A stretch of DNA of 32,000 bases from Nitrosospira multiformis ATCC 25196 (lineage in GTDB: Bacteria > Pseudomonadota > Gammaproteobacteria > Burkholderiales > Nitrosomonadaceae), in contig NC_007614.1 of NCBI RefSeq assembly GCF_000196355.1, positions 2,010,001 through 2,042,000 on the forward strand, written 5' to 3'. Each line of letters begins with the position of its first letter. Position 1 is the stretch's first letter. Shown here piece by piece: positions 26,280 to 32,000 of the stretch. Both the position numbers and the translations under genes were made by a program. Under the pieces are notes generated by a model that saw nothing but the letters and a program-made list of their open reading frames with translations, was not told the DNA's origin and made no database searches.

Positions 26280-27287
26280 TTAACGCCCAATTAATTCCTC
26301 CAGCGCCCGTATTGCCATTTCCGGCGTCTTCACGTCGTTTCCCGAAACAACCCGATGATGAACCTGATCCAACGGACCCCAAATCAGCGGATCGGTCGTG
26401 GTAAAGACGGTGACACTCGGGGCATCGACCGCTACCGCCAAATGCGCAACTCCCGTGTCATTCGAGATCACCGCCCGGCTGCCCTTCAGAAGGGCGGCGA
26501 GTGCCCCGATGGCGGTTTTACCGGCAAGATCAATCGCCGTACCCGTCATTTTCCCGGCGACCGCTTGCGTGAGCGGCTTCTCTTCCGCAGTACCCGTCAA
26601 CACCACTTTCAAACCCTGCCGAATACACCTGTCCGCCACCTCCGCGAAATGAGCAGCAGGCCAGGGGGTTGCGGAAATCGCGCCGGGATGCAGGCAGACA
26701 TAAGGTTTATCACGAATAGTCCCATATTCTTGCAGTTCCCGAAGTTTCTGGCAGTCCATGTCCAATAACGGAAATTCCATGGTTCTGTCCGCCGCGCGAT
26801 CAGCCTGCTCCATGCCGAGAAACTCGAGTAACGCCAGATTCCTTAGCAACTCAGGCTGCCTGGAGGGGTATGGCATGAAGAAATCGCGGTTAGGCCAGTG
26901 AGAGTTGCCTTCGCTCGCAAACCCGGCCGCAATAGCCGCCCCGAAAAGAGAGACGACAAGATTAGATACTGTACCTTTGCCATGCATTTGCAGGGCAAGG
27001 TCGTATTGTCGCCGCTGCATGCCGTCCAGAAAAGCCGTGACTGCTTCAGCCCTGAAGGGATGCTCGGGCAATCCGGGAAAACCCGGAAATTCGATAAATT
27101 CGTCGATATAATGATTGTAACGCGCGGCGAGCGCCTTGTTCCAGGGCAACCCGACATAATCGATGGTGGCTTGCGGAAAAGCCCGCCTAATCGCCCGCAG
27201 CGCAGGGACGAACAACAGAAAATCCCCCAGCTTCAAGGCCCTGAAAATCGCGATCTTCTTGATTGGCAGATTACCCATCTGAGCCAT
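26280..27287 (-). CDS. glycosyltransferase family 9 (heptosyltransferase-like)
   Basis: 335 aa. [40 protein letters not shown] and [23 protein letters not shown]. Confidence 0.85.
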   Translation of the reverse strand: MAQMGNLPIKKIAIFRALKLGDFLLFVPALRAIRRAFPQATIDYVGLPWNKALAARYNHYIDEFIEFPGFPGLPEHPFRAEAVTAFLDGMQRRQYDLALQMHGKGTVSNLVVSLFGAAIAAGFASEGNSHWPNRDFFMPYPSRQPELLRNLALLEFLGMEQADRAADRTMEFPLLDMDCQKLRELQEYGTIRDKPYVCLHPGAISATPWPAAHFAEVADRCIRQGLKVVLTGTAEEKPLTQAVAGKMTGTAIDLAGKTAIGALAALLKGSRAVISNDTGVAHLAVAVDAPSVTVFTTTDPLIWGPLDQVHHRVVSGNDVKTPEMAIRALEELIGR

Positions 27288-27431
27288 ATGCTTGCGCTCC
27301 CGGTACGAGTCAAGTCAGTCAGACTTTCTTCGCTCAACAGTATTGCATGTAAGCCAGGGTTCCGCTATTTTTATAACCAATTCTCCTGTTTTAACTCGTC
27401 TTTTTTTGCCATCAAATGAAAGGAGTCGCGG

Positions 27432-27899
27432 ATGTTCATATCCAGCCCGGCGTTTCCTAATCGCACCCCCGTTCTCAAGCCACATACCTGCATGGGAGAA
27501 AATATCAGCCCTCCCCTGGAGTTTGGAGACCTTCCCGCAGAGACGAAAAGCCTGGTCCTGATCGTGGAAGATCGCGATGCGACACCCGTTCCCTGGGTAC
27601 ATTGGCTGGTATTCAATATTCCCCCTGACACCGCAACGGTTTCCGCCGGGAGCATTCCCGCGGGCGGGACGGAAGGCATTGCCAATGGGGGGACGCACGG
27701 TTATGAAGGTCCCTGCCCCAAATACTTCCACGGCACCCACCACTACCACTTCCAGTTATTTGCCCTGAATGTGGTATTGGATTTGCCTGCAAGTGCGGAT
27801 AAAACGCATGTAGCGGCAAGCATGAAAGAACACGTCATTGATTCCGCTACGCTCGTCGGTTTATGCGAGGGAACAAAAGCCGAAGCGGGGACTTCTTAA
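27432..27899 (+). CDS. YbhB/YbcL-family phosphatidylethanolamine-binding (PEBP/Raf-kinase-inhibitor-like) protein
   Basis: 155 aa. ENISPPLEF, LVLIVEDRDA, WVHWLVFNIP, YEGPCP and HHYHFQLFAL are PEBP blocks. SD AAAGGAG. Confidence 0.9.
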   Translation: MFISSPAFPNRTPVLKPHTCMGENISPPLEFGDLPAETKSLVLIVEDRDATPVPWVHWLVFNIPPDTATVSAGSIPAGGTEGIANGGTHGYEGPCPKYFHGTHHYHFQLFALNVVLDLPASADKTHVAASMKEHVIDSATLVGLCEGTKAEAGTS

Positions 27900-28143
27900 A
27901 CTTGCATAACCCCTCATTTTGACCCCGCCTCCTTGTTTTGCCGTATCTAATCCAGCTACCGGGAGGATAAAGGCAAGGCCACATTAATTGAATTATTGAA
28001 CAATTTTTTCCTGCCTCAATTGTGTCTTTCCATACAGAAATCTTCAAAAATAAAGATAAAAATAAGGTTTACCTGTTATTACTGGCCTCCGAAACTCAAA
28101 TGAATCTCTCCCCCGGAATCACTTCTTCAAAGGAGAACGAGCC

Positions 28144-28548
28144 ATGTTACATGCGGAAGACCGAACGAGCAGAGATCGCGTTCGCCACTCAACAGCGCCG
28201 AAGGTGAACCGCGAAATAGATCGCCAAACGAACAGCAATATCCGGCGTTATGCCAACAGCAACGAGGAAGTCATCAATCGACGCATTGCAGAGCTCGACC
28301 AGGAGTGGGACATAGAGCGCGTGCTTGAAGCCAATGCGTCGACATTGGCCTTGACGGGCCTTTTGCTTGGCCTGACTGTTAACAGGAAATGGCTGGCGTT
28401 GCCCACGGTTGTACTGTCATTCCTGCTGCAGCATTCGCTGCAGGGATGGTGCCCACCTTTACCCCTGTTTCGGCGTCTGGGCGTACGTACACGAGGAGAA
28501 ATCGATCGGGAAAAGTATGAATTGAAAGCGTTGCTGGAGGGAAGGTAA
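28144..28548 (+). CDS. DUF2892 (YgaP-like transmembrane domain) protein
   Basis: 134 aa. RIAELDQEWDIERVLEANAS followed by two TM helices and GWCPPLPLFRRLGVRT, the DUF2892 G-x-CP motif. SD AAAGGAGA. Confidence 0.7.
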   Translation: MLHAEDRTSRDRVRHSTAPKVNREIDRQTNSNIRRYANSNEEVINRRIAELDQEWDIERVLEANASTLALTGLLLGLTVNRKWLALPTVVLSFLLQHSLQGWCPPLPLFRRLGVRTRGEIDREKYELKALLEGR

Positions 28549-28566
28549 CTGCTGGCAGAAGGATTT

Positions 28567-28587
28567 ATGCGCGTCCCCGCATTTTTC
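28567..28587 (+). terminator. weak rho-independent terminator after the DUF2892 gene
   Basis: ATGCG cgtccc CGCAT followed by TTTTCTC. The stem is only 5 bp. Confidence 0.35.
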
Positions 28588-28669
28588 TCGCACAAATACT
28601 CAAACAGCGATGACAATGTGCAGGCGATGCCGAATGGTCGCGCCTTCAATTCCCTGTGCTTTATTTAAG

Positions 28670-29212
28670 TCATCCTGCCGCGTTGCAGGGCGCGGAATGA
28701 TGTTTAACAAAAATAAGCTTCTCTGTATTAAAACCCAGCTTATTTGACTCTCTGATGAATTTTTTCAAAACTTCCTCTTGGACATGAGGAGTTCTCGCCA
28801 GAAGCCAAAGGTAGTTTCGATCCGGTCCAGTCACAAACGAATACTGATAGGCGGCCTTATCCAGATCAAACACCACATACGAGGCATAGAAAGGACCAAA
28901 AAAGGAAACCTTGAGATATCCAATGTCCGCTGTTGTTGCGGGGTAAGCTCTCCCCTTTGCTACGCGCCACTTGCCTTTCTCGACATCACACCCGCGGTTT
29001 ACTACGTCAATGCCTCCGTCATCGCGCGAACCGTAGCTTGCTGTTACGTCACTTAAGCCACTTTCGAAGGAATGCTCGAGCCGAGCAATTTCGTACCAAA
29101 CTCCTTGATAGCGACCGATGTCAAAGTCTGTGACTGGAGTAACTCCTTTTGGGATTCCTCCGCACGCCGCAAGCATCGCTGCTATTACCCAAGCTAATGA
29201 TATTTTCTTCAC
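28670..29212 (-). CDS. blc: bacterial lipocalin Blc (outer-membrane lipoprotein)
   Basis: FDIGRYQGVWYEIARLEHSFESGL, VSFFGPFYASYVVF and GPDRNYLWLLARTP closely parallel E. coli Blc. I prefer GTG 29212, which gives the lipoprotein signal (M)KKISLAWVIAAMLAAC-GG. The track start TTG 29260 is the alternative. Confidence 0.9.
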   Translation of the reverse strand: MKKISLAWVIAAMLAACGGIPKGVTPVTDFDIGRYQGVWYEIARLEHSFESGLSDVTASYGSRDDGGIDVVNRGCDVEKGKWRVAKGRAYPATTADIGYLKVSFFGPFYASYVVFDLDKAAYQYSFVTGPDRNYLWLLARTPHVQEEVLKKFIRESNKLGFNTEKLIFVKHHSAPCNAAG

Positions 29213-29275
29213 GTTCAAAAAGATTTGTAACAATCGTCCCTCGGGCAGCAGCGTTTTCAACAGATCGATTTTCCA

Positions 29276-29299
29276 TTCAGCTTATGGTTCAGCTTATGG
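29276..29299. repeat. perfect tandem duplication of a 12-mer (TTCAGCTTATGG x2)
   Basis: Read directly at 29276-29287 and 29288-29299, between the LOV stop and the blc start. A nearby GAGTG GAGTG mini-repeat follows around 29314-29325. Confidence 0.9.
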
Positions 29300-29378
29300 A
29301 TTTGCTTTAGTTCGGAGTGGAGTGGCTAGTACGGTACGGGGTATCGAGCGGGCAATCCATTGTCATCTGGTTTCAAGA

Positions 29379-29837
29379 TTAGAAGCTATTCTTGAGCGAG
29401 GCAAGGCGTCCGCTCAGCCGTTCGATCTCCTTTTCTTTCAGAACCTGAGTGGTTATATCGTACTGAACCCCTAAATAGTAGAGAACCTTTCCTTGCGAGT
29501 CGAACAGGGGGATAATTTTCAGATGATTGTAAAATAGCTCTCCGTTTTTACGATAATTTCTGAGGGTGACTTCGATCGGCTCCTTGTTTGTTATCGCCGT
29601 CCGGATTTGCGATCTCTCTTCCTGTTCCCGGTCTGTACCTTGCAAAAACCGGCAATTCTTTCCGATAGTTTCTTCCTGGGTATATCCCGTCATGTCTGCA
29701 AACGCCTTATTTGCATAGACGAGGGGCAAATCTTCCATATCAGGATCCGCCAAGGTCACTCCATTGACACAAGAATCGAGTATGGTGCAGAGAACTCGGG
29801 GAATTAACCCAGGATCTTTATCATCAATGAAAAGCAT
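29379..29837 (-). CDS. short LOV (light-oxygen-voltage) PAS-domain flavoprotein with no effector domain
   Basis: 152 aa. Canonical LOV signature GKNCRFLQG (29637-29663; adduct Cys codon 29652-29654) within LPLVYANKAFADMTGYTQEETIGKNCRFLQG...RNYRKNGELFYNHL...GVQYDIT, then an about 25-aa helical tail. SD TAGGAGG. Confidence 0.9.
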   Translation of the reverse strand: MLFIDDKDPGLIPRVLCTILDSCVNGVTLADPDMEDLPLVYANKAFADMTGYTQEETIGKNCRFLQGTDREQEERSQIRTAITNKEPIEVTLRNYRKNGELFYNHLKIIPLFDSQGKVLYYLGVQYDITTQVLKEKEIERLSGRLASLKNSF

Positions 29838-29908
29838 CGGGGCCTCCTATCTTGTCCCCCGCCACTCATATTAAAGCCCAGTCCAATGGGCAGTGAGCGG
29901 CAGGAATA

Positions 29909-30379
29909 TTAACAACGCGCTTCCACCAGTCTTTTTATATTTCTCACTGTCTCTTCCGTACCTTCCTGGATCGCTATACGAATCAGTTTTTCAAACGGTC
30001 TCATATATACATCAAGGCTGAGGAGCTCGAAAGTAAAAATAATACGGCTTGCAGAGGTGGGGGTAACGGGCTCGAAAAGGTAATCGCACCGATACGGATT
30101 AGAAACGCCCTCAAAGCAAACGTGCCGACCTAGCTGAAATACTGTAACCCTGAATGTAGACTCCGAGCGCCTCCCCTGATCGATACGAACTTGACGACAC
30201 GTCGTTCCTATTCGCACCGGTCCATCCGTCAACGGAATCAACTCTACAACTTCCCGCGACCACTTGGGATAGTTCACGAGTAAATTAGGGCCAACAAAAT
30301 CGAAAACTTCTGTGGCCGGCCGCTGGATCACGGCGTCAGCTTTACCTGCCACGGGGGTGTCCTTAAGCAAACCGAACAT
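29909..30379 (-). CDS. SRPBCC (START/Bet v1/polyketide-cyclase-like) superfamily protein
   Basis: 156 aa. The size and pattern (ADAVIQRPATEVFDFV...NYPKWSREV...TFELL...) are typical of the SRPBCC ligand-binding fold. Weaker, pattern-level call. Confidence 0.6.
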   Translation of the reverse strand: MFGLLKDTPVAGKADAVIQRPATEVFDFVGPNLLVNYPKWSREVVELIPLTDGPVRIGTTCRQVRIDQGRRSESTFRVTVFQLGRHVCFEGVSNPYRCDYLFEPVTPTSASRIIFTFELLSLDVYMRPFEKLIRIAIQEGTEETVRNIKRLVEARC

Positions 30380-30478
30380 AAAACTGACTCCGCTGTGTAA
30401 TATCGATCAACTCCATTTCCACCCCAGTGAGTAACTCAGGACTGGCCGAAGCTTCCCCATATGGTAATTTCGTCAGAA

Positions 30479-31273
30479 TTATGTAAGACAGGGGAGATAA
30501 GCTTCTATCATTGCAGATGACCCGGCAATAATCCCCTTCGAATGGATCGTCCATTCCATGCCCTCGTAATCAACCACTTTTCCTCCCGACACCCTCACCA
30601 TGCAGACACCTGCAACCATATCTGCCGCTTTGGTCGAAGGACGAAAAAACAGGTCGAGCCTTCCCGCTGCCACTTCGGCCAGCGATAAAACAGGAACTCC
30701 CAATACTTTTACTGCGCGCGCCTGTTGCAATATACGCGAAAGCTGCCCAAGTGTTTCCGGGCGCGTATGCATTTCAGAGGAAAAATCGAGTCCCACAACC
30801 GCGTTTGCCGGTTCGGGCGAACTCCTTACCCGGGTAACTTCTCCATTTATTTTTAGCTGATGTTCTTCCTGTGCGCTATATAAGGTGTCATGGATGGGAT
30901 CGTAAATGACGCCGAGAACAGGTTTTCCGTTGCGTAGAAGCCCGATGGAGACGGCAAGAAGTGGCGGATATCCCGTCATGTTTTCAGTCCCATCCAACGG
31001 ATCGACGACCCACTGGTCGCCCTGCTCGATAATGATTCCCCCGCTCTCTTCTCCATAAAAATGGCACGGGTGGAGTTTTAGAAGCGTTTCTTTCAGGAAT
31101 TGTTCGGATTCTCTGTCCGCAATGGTTACCACCTGCCGCCGGGACTTGAATTCACACCCCACACCTCGAGTATAGTGCGCTCTGATAATGCTCCCGGCTG
31201 ACCTTGCCACTTGCTCTATATCTTCTATAGGAAAGTCGTGCTGGGCGAAGCTTTTAAGCTTGAGGTTTTCCAT
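30479..31273 (-). CDS. inositol monophosphatase-family phosphatase
   Basis: 264 aa. EESG, WVVDPLDGTENM and the downstream WD-like block of the IMPase/FBPase metal-binding signature. Confidence 0.88.
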   Translation of the reverse strand: MENLKLKSFAQHDFPIEDIEQVARSAGSIIRAHYTRGVGCEFKSRRQVVTIADRESEQFLKETLLKLHPCHFYGEESGGIIIEQGDQWVVDPLDGTENMTGYPPLLAVSIGLLRNGKPVLGVIYDPIHDTLYSAQEEHQLKINGEVTRVRSSPEPANAVVGLDFSSEMHTRPETLGQLSRILQQARAVKVLGVPVLSLAEVAAGRLDLFFRPSTKAADMVAGVCMVRVSGGKVVDYEGMEWTIHSKGIIAGSSAMIEAYLPCLT

Positions 31274-31279
31274 ACGCGC

Positions 31280-32000
31280 TCATAACACCAGCTCTTTCGG
31301 AATATCGAAATTTCTGTTGACTACAGTGGTTGGTGCTTCCTGATGGTAGGCCCCGGAGGGGATAAGACCACAGCCGCCGTAGCGCTTCATGACTCTCAAC
31401 TGTGCAAGAACGTCTTCACCCGCATGTTCTTGCGGCACCTCCCGCCAGAATTCGAACCCGCCGGTTTCCCGCAATTTTTCGGTGTCATACAGCACGCAGC
31501 CTCCCACCCAGGCGACCTTGTATTTCTTTTGCGTGTCGGGGGTCAGTTTCAGTTTTTCCTGCACATGCAGGATATTGGCTGCATTATGCAGGCTATAACG
31601 CTGCCAATTCGCATGCTGGGGAGTAACGATCTCGGGCTCGACGCGCCCGTGCCATAGCTCTATCGCCTGTTCCGAAGGGCGGCAATCGTCCCGATATGAC
31701 AACCCGATGACTGCCTGCCCGACAAATCCGATCTCTTCTTCCCGATGCGCCTGCAGCATGTTTCCCAGAACGAAAGATTCCAGCAGAATGTCATCGTCGA
31801 GGTAAAGACAGTATGACGAATCGATCGTATCCAGCAGGAATTGCCGTTGTTGGGCCAGGCCGCGACGCGGCAGATTGGTCAGCTGCTGAACCGCATGGCC
31901 TTTTTTTTCCAGCAGGCGGATTGCTGTCTGCACAGAGGCATCCCTATAGACTGGGAGATCGCTCTGGTCGGAGATAACGACAGCAAAATCCTGGTGTTGC
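31280..32000 (-). CDS. GT2-like glycosyltransferase, N-terminus beyond the right window edge
   Basis: The frame stays open upstream of the track start (a GTG at 31933). My translation to the edge reads ...HQDFAVVISDQSDLPVYRDAS-VQTAIRLL..., i.e. GT2-type strand plus acidic motif, then LYLDDDILLE (DxD). The stop is 6 nt before the IMPase ATG. Confidence 0.65.
   Translation of the reverse strand, partial: QHQDFAVVISDQSDLPVYRDASVQTAIRLLEKKGHAVQQLTNLPRRGLAQQRQFLLDTIDSSYCLYLDDDILLESFVLGNMLQAHREEEIGFVGQAVIGLSYRDDCRPSEQAIELWHGRVEPEIVTPQHANWQRYSLHNAANILHVQEKLKLTPDTQKKYKVAWVGGCVLYDTEKLRETGGFEFWREVPQEHAGEDVLAQLRVMKRYGGCGLIPSGAYHQEAPTTVVNRNFDIPKELVL

Noticed and set aside
1-32000. CRISPR arrays, tRNA/rRNA genes, IS elements, integrases, and phage or defence-system genes
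   Set aside because: I looked for spaced direct repeats, cloverleaf-like segments, terminal inverted repeats and nuclease/ATPase/transposase-like ORFs on both strands and found none. The only direct repeat is the 12-mer duplication at 29276-29299.

Overview
This is a chromosomal, proteobacterial-looking window. Gene content and local synteny resemble Betaproteobacteria, but I cannot establish the taxon from sequence alone. I support about 30 protein-coding genes and found no rRNA, tRNA, CRISPR array, IS/transposase, integrase or phage gene.

Gene order, left to right:
- A truncated DUF202 membrane gene, then pdxJ-acpS-nagZ (tightly coupled).
- A small heat-shock gene with its own promoter and terminator.
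- An envelope block: a DUF4139 protein, a 902-aa GT2+GtrA+ArnT/PMT-type fusion, and a divergent TIGR04073-like secreted protein.
- An APH/CHK-fold kinase-like gene, an orphan tail-anchored protein behind an AT-rich spacer, a CigR/RcnB-like His-rich protein and a DsbA-family protein.
- typA/bipA, a comEA-like gene and a coiled-coil outer-membrane barrel protein.
- An aa3 cytochrome c oxidase operon (ctaC, ctaD, an unlisted 47-aa ORF, ctaE), followed on the same strand by an Rrf2 (NsrR/IscR-type) and an FNR regulator.
- About 860 bp with no convincing gene, then a TetR regulator.
- A run of small stress or sensory singletons: a tiny hydrophobic peptide, DUF2795, PEBP/YbhB, DUF2892, Blc lipocalin, a short LOV blue-light photoreceptor and an SRPBCC protein. 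A GT9-GT4-GT9 glycosyltransferase cluster sits inside this run, after DUF2795.
- An IMPase-family gene and a GT2 gene that runs off the right edge.

I see no canonical defence, toxin-antitoxin or mobile system. The best candidates for under-described biology are:
1. The single-polypeptide lipid-carrier glycosylation fusion and its DUF4139/TIGR04073 neighbours.
2. The effector-less short LOV protein embedded among general-stress-type genes.
3. The oxidase operon that carries two Fe-S redox/NO sensors in place of assembly genes and has an FNR-type box at class-II distance upstream.

All functional calls rest on motif recognition by eye. No database search was run.
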